Source: a virus | Taxonomy: Duplodnaviria; Caudoviricetes | Direction: 5' to 3' (one strand) | Length of the DNA: 44,154 nt | Virus record (IMG/VR): IMGVR_UViG_3300033407_000038 | Coordinates: 1 to 44,154 of that record | Shown: piece by piece, positions 16,214 through 24,446 of the stretch | How the letters are laid out: each line of letters opens with the position of its first letter | Position numbering within the stretch: position 1 is the first letter of the stretch | The notes under the pieces: generated by a model | Told to the model about the DNA's origin: nothing | Database searches by the model: none | The model's input: only the letters and a program-made list of their open reading frames with translations | Program-made: the position numbers and the translations under genes

Positions 16214-17596
16214 CTATGCTGGCATATTATCATAGAAAGGTTTAACTCCCCCAGGATCGCTGTTGGGCTGAGGACGCTGCTTTTTGAAAGCTACTCCCAT
16301 TGTTCTTAGGGCATCTGCTCCGTGTGAAGCCCAGTTGTGAAGTGGTTGTTTTCGGTAGACCATGTTCTTTTCATCCCAGTCTTTCTTGTAGTTTTTTAGT
16401 GCTTGTAGTCCTCGGTTGCACTTAGTTTTATCAATCCAGAACTGATTGAATATAGCGCGTACGGCATTGATCCCATCCTCAATCTTTAACTTAGGAGCTA
16501 CTATAAAATTGATTCCTAGTTTCTTAGCGGACTCTAATCGGCTTTTCCCACTACCAAGCTCCCTCACCCCTATATCAAATGGGGCATAATGTTTACCATA
16601 GACGTACTTTCTCTCCTGTAGAACCGTTGCATAGTGTCCAAGTCCCTCACCAGAGTTTTCATAATAGTCTATAAAGTGAATCTCCTGTCCTACCACCTGA
16701 AAGAACCAAACCGTTGTAGAATCGTCTACACCAAGATCCCAAGCCGTGTGGACTGGTACAGTTTGGTCATAAGGTACGGTGGTGATTCTACCCTCTTCTT
16801 CGGCTTTTTGAACATTAGAACCGTAAAAAGAACCCAATACTGGAGCGTCAAATGAACAGTAATACTCTTGATCTATGTAAGCATTGGCTTCCTCTTCACT
16901 CCTACCCTCAGCTTCAAACCGCATGATTGTATCTTCTTTAATAGACTTCATTTGTTCTTCTGAGAAAACTTTGGTGTCGTCTACCGTTAGCGTCTGCACC
17001 CACCACTTAGGATTGTCTTTAGCATATTCAAACAAGGATCTGGCGTGGTTATTACCCTTGGGGGTGGTATTAAATACCGCTATGCCATCATTCTCTCTCA
17101 ATATTGGCTCTATAACATCCCAAGTATAAGGATCGTGTTCTGCCCACTCAGAGAATACTGCTAGTCGGGGATTTCCACCTCTTAATGAATCAGGATCATT
17201 AGCGCCCGCCACCTGAAACATTGATGGCGTGTCAGACCCATTCTTAACCTTAATTATCATTCTAGTATCATTGGGTTTGCTGACCCTAATTTCCTTGGGG
17301 ATGTGATTGATAAACCTGAAACCATCTTTGTCTATCATTTCCCACATATGGCCTCTACCCATGACTGAAGTCGGATATACATATTTAGCTTGGGAGGCGT
17401 CTCTAACCAGTCTTCTTGGGACTACATCAGCTATGTTGGTCTTATCTTTACCACTCCGCCTATGCCATATCTGATAAAAGAATCTAATGGGACTTTCCCC
17501 ATTGATAGAGGCCTCTACCTGTTTGAGAAAAGGAATTTGATAATCCCTAGCTTTGAAGTTATAGGGAATTAGGAAATCATAATCGTTATTCGACAT
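16214..17596 (-). CDS. terL: Terminase large subunit
   Basis: WHRRSGKD Walker A, DSLRG, FSEWA Walker B, TPKGNNH, WDLGVDDST and HGADALR nuclease motifs. Confidence 0.96.
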   Translation of the reverse strand: MSNNDYDFLIPYNFKARDYQIPFLKQVEASINGESPIRFFYQIWHRRSGKDKTNIADVVPRRLVRDASQAKYVYPTSVMGRGHMWEMIDKDGFRFINHIPKEIRVSKPNDTRMIIKVKNGSDTPSMFQVAGANDPDSLRGGNPRLAVFSEWAEHDPYTWDVIEPILRENDGIAVFNTTPKGNNHARSLFEYAKDNPKWWVQTLTVDDTKVFSEEQMKSIKEDTIMRFEAEGRSEEEANAYIDQEYYCSFDAPVLGSFYGSNVQKAEEEGRITTVPYDQTVPVHTAWDLGVDDSTTVWFFQVVGQEIHFIDYYENSGEGLGHYATVLQERKYVYGKHYAPFDIGVRELGSGKSRLESAKKLGINFIVAPKLKIEDGINAVRAIFNQFWIDKTKCNRGLQALKNYKKDWDEKNMVYRKQPLHNWASHGADALRTMGVAFKKQRPQPNSDPGGVKPFYDNMPA

Positions 17597-17927
17597 CTTT
17601 GTAACTAACTATACCCATTTTTAATGGTTCACCACCGCTTGTAAGATCTGTGGTCTGTTTCGGCATACCATCAATATAATTCCAGATGTTCTTAATCATA
17701 TGTTGGTCGCCGTTGTCTATCGCCTGTTTGAATATCTTGTTTATAAGAAGTTCTAGGTAAGTTGCTTTCTGGTCTGGGTGTACTTCTTCTAGTTTCTTTT
17801 TAATCTCGGTTGTAATTGAAATACCAGATCCAGGTGGCCTGCCATTCCTATTTATCCTGGGATCGCCTTTAACAAAAGGGATAAGTCCTGGCCTCAGTTT
17901 CTTCTCTGTTTTTTTAGAGTCTGCCAT
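17586..17927 (-). CDS. terS: Terminase small subunit-like protein; probable start 17927 (MADSKK)
   Basis: Upstream of terL; PFVKGDPRINRNGRP and DGMPKQTTDLTSGGEPL motifs; TATAAT-N6-ATG. Confidence 0.72.
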   Translation of the reverse strand: MADSKKTEKKLRPGLIPFVKGDPRINRNGRPPGSGISITTEIKKKLEEVHPDQKATYLELLINKIFKQAIDNGDQHMIKNIWNYIDGMPKQTTDLTSGGEPLKMGIVSYKDVE

Positions 17928-18070
17928 ATATCTATTATACTCCTCGTTTCTTTTCTTGTTTATTGGCTGGTAATGTAATGATTTTAACGTCTGCGATATG
18001 ACCACCTCTCATAATAAAAAAAGTCCCTTGATAGATGTTTCTCGTGTTTATAACCATATCTGTTTTAGTT

Positions 18071-18247
18071 TCATGGTTCAACTTTTGTTGGATGTCTACT
18101 ACTAAACATCTTATTACTATAATCAGCTATTGTTTTTTGAATCTCGTTAAATAAGGTGTAATCGGATTTTCTTGGTCTACCCCTACCACGATACTTAAAT
18201 CGGTTTAGAACTTTCATCTCAAAGATACTCTTAGAATACAGACTCAT
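18071..18247 (-). CDS. 58-aa protein with an AT-hook-like RGRGRPRK motif (not in the ORF track)
   Basis: Manual translation MSLYSKSIFEMKVLNRFKYRGRGRPRKSDY...; GGGAGA upstream. Confidence 0.55.
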   Translation of the reverse strand: MSLYSKSIFEMKVLNRFKYRGRGRPRKSDYTLFNEIQKTIADYSNKMFSSRHPTKVEP

Positions 18248-18270
18248 ATTCTCCCTTCTAATAATTGGCT

Positions 18271-18350
18271 TGGTGGGAGGGGCAAATGAGGACAGTAGGC
18301 TCTGTCCAGTTGGTCTGACTCGCTAACCAATCTTGCTAACGCCTCTCGCC
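18271..18350 (-). ncRNA. Candidate 80-nt structured RNA (closing stem plus two hairpins, ending in ACCA)
   Basis: GC-rich intergenic island; TTGGT/ACCAA and GGACAG/CTGTCC stems. Confidence 0.35.
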
Positions 18351-18522
18351 TTTTGTTTTAACCAAATGTCCCTCTTATCTAACCAACTATTTTAGTCCTT
18401 TCCTATCAATGACTTCATGCATTCTTTTTGCGGCTTTTGTCCTTAGCATTGGGATAACTCTAATTTTGGGTGATTCCATCCTTTTCAATAAATCGTCTGA
18501 CTCAATCTGTTTTTGTTTCATA

Positions 18523-18747
18523 TCATTTAATAATTGCCACCTTGGGAATGGTCATAATTGCGTCAAAACACCTCTCATCTCTAGCGTAGGACTGTAGGAT
18601 AGTGATTGACTCTTTATTCTCGCTGTAGAAGTAACCGACTGACTTAATAACTAAATCCTTGGGTATATCCACCTCTGTTTGCCAGCCGTCTGAGTGGGAG
18701 CTATCAAACCATTCAAGCTCAATAATGTCGTACTTTTTGTGTTTCAT
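18523..18747 (-). CDS. Hypothetical phage protein
   Basis: IELEWFDS...SVGY...IPKVAI pattern typical of small phage proteins. Confidence 0.7.
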   Translation of the reverse strand: MKHKKYDIIELEWFDSSHSDGWQTEVDIPKDLVIKSVGYFYSENKESITILQSYARDERCFDAIMTIPKVAIIK

Positions 18748-18824
18748 CTAACCAACTATTCTATTTTAGTCCTTTATTACTACCTGTTAATCTTTTCTCC
18801 CCTAGTTTCCTAGAGGGCAAAAGA

Positions 18825-19058
18825 CTATTTACCTATAACTTCTAACTGGTTTGCTATATCTTTCAAAGACATTGTAATTTCTTTAATTCTGTTCCTGGCA
18901 TAGGTTAGCTTGTCTGCTGGTGTAGGCTCTTTGTCTTCCCTCAACTCAGCAGGTCTTTCCCCATAAACCAAGACATTTAATCTACCGCATACTATTTCTA
19001 ATTCTCTGATTTCAGACAAAAGTGTTGATCCGCTTTTTTCTGCTACTTCGTCATTCAT
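18825..19058 (-). CDS. Hypothetical protein
   Basis: ORF with AGGGGGTGA upstream. Confidence 0.65.
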   Translation of the reverse strand: MNDEVAEKSGSTLLSEIRELEIVCGRLNVLVYGERPAELREDKEPTPADKLTYARNRIKEITMSLKDIANQLEVIGK

Positions 19059-19102
19059 TGTCTTTCACCCCCTTTCATTTATTACCTCTAATATCATCCA
19101 TC

Positions 19103-19372
19103 CTATCTCTGGTTGCCATTGATTGTAACCATAGACGACAAAACCTCTTTAACATAGTTAACTTCCTCATCTTGGAACTTATATCGAAGTTTGTCATTAA
19201 GCTCCAAAAACATTTTACATAATTCTATTTTGTCTTTTTCCCAGAGTCCACTGTTCCACGATCTCTTAAATACGGGGTGGCCAAGAAACGAGAGCATCAT
19301 ACCGCCAAAAGCCGATCCATCAAGGGTACTAATCTCAATAGTGTTTTTATTTGCTTTAGCTTTCTTTTTCAT
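19103..19372 (-). CDS. Hypothetical protein
   Basis: ORF with AGGAGA upstream. Confidence 0.65.
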   Translation of the reverse strand: MKKKAKANKNTIEISTLDGSAFGGMMLSFLGHPVFKRSWNSGLWEKDKIELCKMFLELNDKLRYKFQDEEVNYVKEVLSSMVTINGNQR

Positions 19373-19476
19373 CTTCTCTCTTTACCTCTCCCTAAATAAG
19401 TCCTAAAAACTTAAATATAACTATAATTACGATTATCGTTATTATTAAACCCATAATACCTCCTGCTAATTATTAT

Positions 19477-19707
19477 TTAATAACCTTGTTCAGCTTCGCC
19501 AGCTTCCGCTTCTGCCTGACCCTGTGCGTCCATTTCAGCTTCATGTTGAGCCTGTTGTTCTTCTTGCATTTGAGCCTCATATTCTGCTCGGTCTTTTTCT
19601 TCTTGCTCGTAAGCTCCAGGGTCTTCGTCATATTTAGCCTGTTCCTCGTTTATCCGTCTGATCCCCCCTGCTGTATTGGGCGTATTTAAATGTTGTGGTC
19701 TGCTCAT
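19477..19707 (-). CDS. Acidic E/Q/A-rich hypothetical protein
   Basis: ORF with AAGGAG upstream. Confidence 0.7.
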   Translation of the reverse strand: MSRPQHLNTPNTAGGIRRINEEQAKYDEDPGAYEQEEKDRAEYEAQMQEEQQAQHEAEMDAQGQAEAEAGEAEQGY

Positions 19708-19731
19708 TCTATTTCTCCTTTAATTTATATT

Positions 19732-19983
19732 TTACGCTTTTCCCTTTGGTTGGGATATTTTATCTCCGTTAGCTATAACCATATAGGCGTTCCACAATCT
19801 GTCGCCATTCTCATCTTCAACATCATAGTTTCTATCACAGTCAATGTTTTCGGGACTTAAATCTTCAACAACAGTTACCACAGTTCCCTTTTCTTGTGAT
19901 GGGGTTATCATCTTGGCAACAAATCTATCTCCAAAATAAACATCATTACCGTTTTTGTCCTTTATGTTAATACAGGCGTTCAT
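19732..19983 (-). CDS. YopX-like hypothetical protein
   Basis: IKDKNGNDVYFGD resembles the YopX LKDKNGKEIYEGD motif; GAGGAGG upstream. Confidence 0.55.
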   Translation of the reverse strand: MNACINIKDKNGNDVYFGDRFVAKMITPSQEKGTVVTVVEDLSPENIDCDRNYDVEDENGDRLWNAYMVIANGDKISQPKGKA

Positions 19984-20137
19984 CTAATCCTCCTCATTAT
20001 TCTCTCAACTGCCTCTTTAGCTTCTTGCCAGGATTCTTTGATTAGGGTTAGTAGGGTTTTCCTTGGTGGTTTCTCTAAACTACGATATAGATTGTTTAGA
20101 CCTTTTGGGGGTCCCCATGTTCCAATCCAACTTGCTG

Positions 20138-20410
20138 TCATTCTTCATCCTCCCTTTTCATTTCTTGTTTAATCTCGCTGGCTTCGGCTTGGATAATAGC
20201 GTCTTGTTCTGATTGTTCAAACACGTACGAATAAGCCTCGTCTATTAGTTTTTCGAGGGATGTGTTTGTGAAGTAGGGATGGTGGTTTTTTGTAGAGAGG
20301 GGTGAGTCACTTTTATAAGAATAAATCTCCCAACCGTAAGGATGATGGTCAAATCCCAAAGACCCATCACAAGCCTCATTCAGTTTCTCTATTTTTTGTA
20401 GTGTTGTCAT
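20138..20410 (-). CDS. Hypothetical protein
   Basis: ORF with GGAGGGG upstream. Confidence 0.7.
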   Translation of the reverse strand: MTTLQKIEKLNEACDGSLGFDHHPYGWEIYSYKSDSPLSTKNHHPYFTNTSLEKLIDEAYSYVFEQSEQDAIIQAEASEIKQEMKREDEE

Positions 20411-20769
20411 TTCCCCTCCATTGTTCTATTTATTGCTTTTATTACTTCTTGTTTTCTAACAGTTCTGACAACGCTGACATTCTTCCCTCAATGTATGCTT
20501 GTTCCAAGCTAAGTTTAATGTAGCGGATCTTTTCGTTAATACCACCGCCTCCAAGGTCTATTATCTCGTTTATTAGCTTGTCTATTACTTTATTCATTTT
20601 AATTTTCTATAACAATTTTTTTTCCTTCTTTTATTTTTTTGAGTAGCTTAAAAAGATATATGCCATGTTTTTCTTCTGGTGAGTGATAATATCTATCCGC
20701 ATATATAAAGAGTGCTTGTTCTATATTTTCCCGTTCAATTCTATTTAGCGATTTATTTTTCATAACTCA

Positions 20770-20798
20770 AGTCTAATCCTTTGGTCATTGGTTGTCAA
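20770..20798 (-). promoter_or_regulatory. Promoter TTGACA-accaatgaccaaaggat-TAGACT-N6-ATG with conserved spacer/operator
   Basis: One of three near-identical promoters; precedes a 54-aa ORF starting at 20763. Confidence 0.8.
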
Positions 20799-20801
20799 GG
20801 G

Positions 20802-21065
20802 TCACTTTACCTTCTTTAACTGTACATAGAAGGTGTGGTTGAGTGCATCGTCCGCTCCTAGTATTGCCTCCCTTAGATAGCCTTGGTTTAATAGGCCGAA
20901 CAGGGCATTTTTTACCGCGTACTGGCTAACTCCTATTTCCTTCATGGCAATAACTATTTCTTTTCTGGGGATGGGTCGTTTCTGTTGTCTTGCCCAAGTA
21001 TCGACAAACCTCATAATCTCTACTTGTAGGCTACTGATTGTCTGTAAATCGACATAATCGGTCAT
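20802..21065 (-). CDS. Putative winged-helix DNA-binding protein
   Basis: LQVEIMRFV...PIPRKEIV...VKNALFGLLNQGYL resembles a LexA-like wHTH. Confidence 0.55.
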   Translation of the reverse strand: MTDYVDLQTISSLQVEIMRFVDTWARQQKRPIPRKEIVIAMKEIGVSQYAVKNALFGLLNQGYLREAILGADDALNHTFYVQLKKVK

Positions 21066-21310
21066 TTTTTGCCCAAGGCTTCTCTCATCTTGTTTTCTTT
21101 TTCTGTAGATTCAGGGGTCATGACTGCTCGAACAATGATGGTATCATGTTTGTCTTTAACCTTTTCAACAATGATAACTTCGGGAACGAAACCAAATTGG
21201 TTCTTCAAATGTATTGCTTTATAGAATCTACCGTTTTTGTCTTTTAACTTAAAAGGTGGGGTGTTTTTGACCCTGACCTCTGTGTTTTTTTTTGGTATAC
21301 CGTTATTCAT
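21062..21310 (-). CDS. Hypothetical protein
   Basis: Translationally coupled ORF. Confidence 0.65.
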   Translation of the reverse strand: MNNGIPKKNTEVRVKNTPPFKLKDKNGRFYKAIHLKNQFGFVPEVIIVEKVKDKHDTIIVRAVMTPESTEKENKMREALGKK

Positions 21311-21551
21311 ATTTCCTTACATAAAATAATCCTGCTTCGTGGGCTTTTTTAGGATTCATGTGTACCCATCTGTGACAGTCGTTACATAAACTTATTCCAT
21401 TATCTACTTCTAGTTTCAATTCTGGATACCTGCTTTTAGGTTTTTTATGATGTGGTTCTACGGATTCGTAATATCTGAAACACCGCTTGCAGGTATAATT
21501 ATCCCTTTCTTTAACCTGTTTGCTCCAGTCTTTCGGGTTTTTGGCTAACAT
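21303..21551 (-). CDS. HNH endonuclease (zinc-binding)
   Basis: RDNYTCKRC, HH, NGISLCNDCH..VH. Confidence 0.88.
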   Translation of the reverse strand: MLAKNPKDWSKQVKERDNYTCKRCFRYYESVEPHHKKPKSRYPELKLEVDNGISLCNDCHRWVHMNPKKAHEAGLFYVRKYE

Positions 21552-21738
21552 AGGACTCCAAAGCTATCTTTGCGTATTTTTTGGCAGTGTTGTAAGAGGA
21601 GATAGGGAAGTGAAGGAAAATCTTTTTAGATAAATGTTCTTTATCGGTTATCCCCGACTTTATCCACTTATCCACAATAACTAAATCTTTGTCGTTTAAT
21701 GCTTTTGTTATTCGTCCTAATTTGTTTCTCACTCTCAT
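21511..21738 (-). CDS. Hypothetical protein
   Basis: ORF following a leaderless promoter. Confidence 0.65.
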   Translation of the reverse strand: MRVRNKLGRITKALNDKDLVIVDKWIKSGITDKEHLSKKIFLHFPISSYNTAKKYAKIALESYVSQKPERLEQTG

Positions 21739-21744
21739 ATATTA

Positions 21745-21773
21745 ACTCTATCCCTTTGGTCATTAGTTGTCAA
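21745..21773 (-). promoter_or_regulatory. Promoter TTGACA-actaatgaccaaaggga-TAGAGT-N6-ATG
   Basis: Spacer shared with the 20798 and 23300 promoters. Confidence 0.78.
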
Positions 21774-22068
21774 ATGGAAGCTGCTCAACCTCTTCTCTAA
21801 AAACGAAAGTTCCCTTGCTTTTTTGCTTTCTTCGTCTTTCTCGGGTTATACCAGCTCTTGCTTCTAGATGTGGGTGAAGTTCCTGGACTTTCCTTCTAGC
21901 TCTAGTTATAGATTCGGATGATGTGGCTTTGGCGAATTGTTCCCAAGTTATAAACCCGTTGGAGGTAAGACCCTTCCTATTCCAAACAGTCCATATCAGT
22001 CGCTTGTCGCTATCCCTGCAATCGGGCTTCTCTTCTAATATATCTTTGACTAAATCGTAAATCTTCAT
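21763..22068 (-). CDS. Hypothetical phage protein (possible DNA-binding)
   Basis: RDSDKRL...ESITRARRKVQ motif. Confidence 0.7.
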   Translation of the reverse strand: MKIYDLVKDILEEKPDCRDSDKRLIWTVWNRKGLTSNGFITWEQFAKATSSESITRARRKVQELHPHLEARAGITRERRRKQKSKGTFVFREEVEQLPFDN

Positions 22069-22418
22069 TCTAGCTTAGTTTTCACTACGTTAATAAATTT
22101 CTCCATTTGGGTTCTGTAAAAGTCATTAAAGTCGCCATCTGATCCCTGTTGTTGCCAGTAAACATACAAAACACTTCTTATTCTCTGAGAAGGGGTTTTA
22201 GTCTCTATCTCTTTATCTATTTTGTACTCCTCGGTGGGTTCGTCTAATGGTTCTAGCGTGACTGTCAGGTTGACACTTTGCAGTTCCATGAACTCTGCTT
22301 TTTCCTGGCTTGTTAGCTCTGGGGTATTTAATGTTATCCCCAAAGACCTATCAACCTTAGCTCTGAGTCCCGTCATAATTGCTTGGGTTTTAATTGTTTT
22401 CATCTTGTTCCTGTTCAA
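22065..22418 (-). CDS. Hypothetical phage protein
   Basis: KTPSQRIRSVLYVYW...FY...MEKFI; next to the ERF gene. Confidence 0.7.
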   Translation of the reverse strand: MNRNKMKTIKTQAIMTGLRAKVDRSLGITLNTPELTSQEKAEFMELQSVNLTVTLEPLDEPTEEYKIDKEIETKTPSQRIRSVLYVYWQQQGSDGDFNDFYRTQMEKFINVVKTKLE

Positions 22419-22474
22419 ATTGATTCCACTCTATCTCCATTCTTTCGTCTAGCTCTTCTTGGGACTCCTCTTCT

Positions 22475-23047
22475 CTAGTTGCTTTCATTCTTTTTCTCCC
22501 TTAGTTTTTTAATAAGAAAATCCGCCCTATATCCTGGTAGATCTTCTACTTTGGCTACTCCTGCTTTTTCTAGAAATTCCTCTAGCTTATCCTCTGTCTC
22601 TGTTTCTTTGACCAGCTTTTTAACCTCCAAAACTTTATAATTGTTAATCCGATCCATCGCCTTCTCTCCATCATCGTCTTCGTCTGCCATGCAAAGGATA
22701 GACTTCAAAGAATAGCGCCTGGCATAGGTGATAGCTGATCCCCTAGCTTGTGGGTCGTTGCTCTTAACCTCTGATATGCTCATTTTTGACTCTAGCTTCT
22801 CACCGCTTACGTGAAGTAGTGTCGTACACACATAAACCCCTTCTGAGTCACTCTGAATCGGCTGGAGAACGATTATATTGTGCTTGTTTAATATTTCCTT
22901 ACAAGACTTTATAGATTCCGTTAGAGTTGTGTAGCTGGACTTGAAATAAGGATTCTCACCAGTTTTCTCTACGTCCTTGATCTCTTTCTGGACTTCTAAT
23001 AACTCTCCTATAAAATCTAGCGGCTTAACTTTCTTGGTATCACTCAT
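22475..23047 (-). CDS. erf: ERF-family single-strand annealing recombinase
   Basis: NPYFKSSY, DPQARGSAITYARRYSL, EDDDG. Confidence 0.92.
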   Translation of the reverse strand: MSDTKKVKPLDFIGELLEVQKEIKDVEKTGENPYFKSSYTTLTESIKSCKEILNKHNIIVLQPIQSDSEGVYVCTTLLHVSGEKLESKMSISEVKSNDPQARGSAITYARRYSLKSILCMADEDDDGEKAMDRINNYKVLEVKKLVKETETEDKLEEFLEKAGVAKVEDLPGYRADFLIKKLREKKNESN

Positions 23048-23241
23048 ATTATCTCCGATCCATAATTAGTATCTTCTACGTCCTCTGGATTTGGTAATGG
23101 GACTTCATATTCGTCTCTTATCTGTTCGTCTACATCACCTTGGATGTGGTCTAGCTGCACTTCCCTCATAGTGGGTTCTTTGAAGATCGCATTTCTAATT
23201 TCTTTAGCAACCTCTAATTCAAACTCCTGAATATGGTTCAT
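23044..23241 (-). CDS. Hypothetical acidic protein
   Basis: First ORF after the 23300 promoter; AAAGGGA upstream. Confidence 0.65.
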   Translation of the reverse strand: MNHIQEFELEVAKEIRNAIFKEPTMREVQLDHIQGDVDEQIRDEYEVPLPNPEDVEDTNYGSEII

Positions 23242-23271
23242 ATTCCCTTTCGTTTAATTTATATTACCCCG

Positions 23272-23300
23272 AGTGTATACCATTGGTCATTGGTTGTCAA
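23272..23300 (-). promoter_or_regulatory. Promoter TTGACA-accaatgaccaatggta-TACACT
   Basis: Consensus boxes and shared spacer. Confidence 0.8.
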
Positions 23301-23324
23301 GCACCAATTTATTTCGTTTATAAT

Positions 23325-23620
23325 TCTAACCTAGGGAAATAACCTATTATCCGTAAAGTATCGCCTACGGCTCTTTTCTAGTTGTCCCTTCTCCTTTTTC
23401 TCCTTGCCTGATAGCTATTGCTCCCCTGCTAAAAAGTAGCAGTCTTGGGTCGCTTTCAGTATAAGTGTCAAAGTGTCCAGGTCTTAGGTAAAACCCCTCT
23501 TATTGCTCACCAGTGGTGGGGGTAGCCTATCCTAAGTGGCTCTGCGTTTAGAGTTATTAGCTCAAAGTGGGGGGTAAGCGCCTGCCCGACCACTTACCAC
23601 ACCCTTTCAGCTAACAAAAA
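23325..23620 (-). ncRNA. Candidate ~300-nt structured non-coding RNA or replication origin
   Basis: Largest ORF-free gap, GC-rich, with multiple nested stems. Confidence 0.4.
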
Positions 23621-23626
23621 ACGGGA

Positions 23627-23869
23627 TCAAAGGCTTTCATATCTTTTTTTAGCTTTATCAAATTCTTCTTTTAGGACAGATTCGTTGTTCTCGTAAAACT
23701 TGATCCTATTTTTCTGATGTATTGGATGTACGTTCTGTATAAGCATTTCTGCTCTATATTTTGCGTGAAAGTCTTTGAATTGCTCCCAATCTGGGTGACT
23801 ACCATTCTCAACAATATATTTGTGTATTATTGCTTTCATTCCTATAATTATCGAGTTAGATGGTGTCAT
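23627..23869 (-). CDS. Hypothetical protein behind an attenuator-like leader
   Basis: The ORF starts right after the hairpin U-tract. Confidence 0.6.
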   Translation of the reverse strand: MTPSNSIIIGMKAIIHKYIVENGSHPDWEQFKDFHAKYRAEMLIQNVHPIHQKNRIKFYENNESVLKEEFDKAKKRYESL

Positions 23870-23992
23870 AAAAAAACCGCTTTGTTCGGTAAGCTTCTAA
23901 CAGCTTTTGGTAAGTCGTAACTCACCAAACAAAACGGTCTTACTGTTAGATTTTACCCCGCTTACCGTAGGGATGCCTCATTTGAGGACACT
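23870..23992 (-). promoter_or_regulatory. Leader with mutually exclusive terminator and antiterminator folds
   Basis: ACCGTTTTGTTTGGTGAG pairs with CTTACCGAACAAAGCGGT plus a U-tract; alternatively CGGTAAGC/GCTTACCG and TCTAACAG/CTGTTAGA. Confidence 0.65.
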
Positions 23993-23996
23993 TATA

Positions 23997-24026
23997 TTTA
24001 TACTCCACTTTCGGGACTTTTGTCAA
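23997..24026 (-). promoter_or_regulatory. Promoter TTGACA-N18-TATAAA
   Basis: Consensus boxes upstream of the structured leader. Confidence 0.6.
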
Positions 24027-24152
24027 TACCATCTTCCACCGCACAATTTACTAACCCACATATCCCACCAAATATAACCACACCCAATACTGCTAGTCTA
24101 AACCATTTGGCTAGTCTTAAAGCGTCTAGTGCCATGTCGTATTCTTTACCTA

Positions 24153-24446
24153 TCATTCTCCCTCCAGTTTGTTAAAAATCTCACCACTCTCCTCTAAATA
24201 CCAATGTAAAAATCCTTGGGGGTGAGCATACCACCTTACAGGGTCAGTACCAAAACTTATCCAGTTTGCTATCTGATTAGCTCTGGTTGCCAGTCCACTT
24301 AAGCATTGATGGCAACTACACTTTCTCTCTCCATGCATGAAACTTTGTATTTCCTCGTAAACCTCATTTAACTCATCCTCTGCCATCCACTCAAAGTTTT
24401 TCTCTATTGCCCAGAACAGATCGGACAAGTCGGCTTCTTTTTTCAT
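24153..24446 (-). CDS. Hypothetical protein (CxCxxC)
   Basis: Coupled ORF containing KCSCHQC. Confidence 0.65.
   Translation of the reverse strand: MKKEADLSDLFWAIEKNFEWMAEDELNEVYEEIQSFMHGERKCSCHQCLSGLATRANQIANWISFGTDPVRWYAHPQGFLHWYLEESGEIFNKLEGE

Noticed and set aside
17928-18005. N-terminal extension of terS (similar extensions at 2815, 6030, 6668 and 28032)
   Set aside because: Downstream ATGs fit better, by TATAAT-N6-ATG or ATGA coupling.
18271-18350. Canonical tRNA gene
   Set aside because: It has a 3' CCA but lacks the GTTCRA T-loop, D-loop consensus and a clean 7-bp acceptor stem; kept only as an ncRNA candidate.
18790-18825. Imperfect inverted repeat CTTTTCTCCCCTAG/CTAGAGGGCAAAAG
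   Set aside because: Probably an ordinary hairpin or terminator; it has no clear U-tract on the coding strand, so it is not called.
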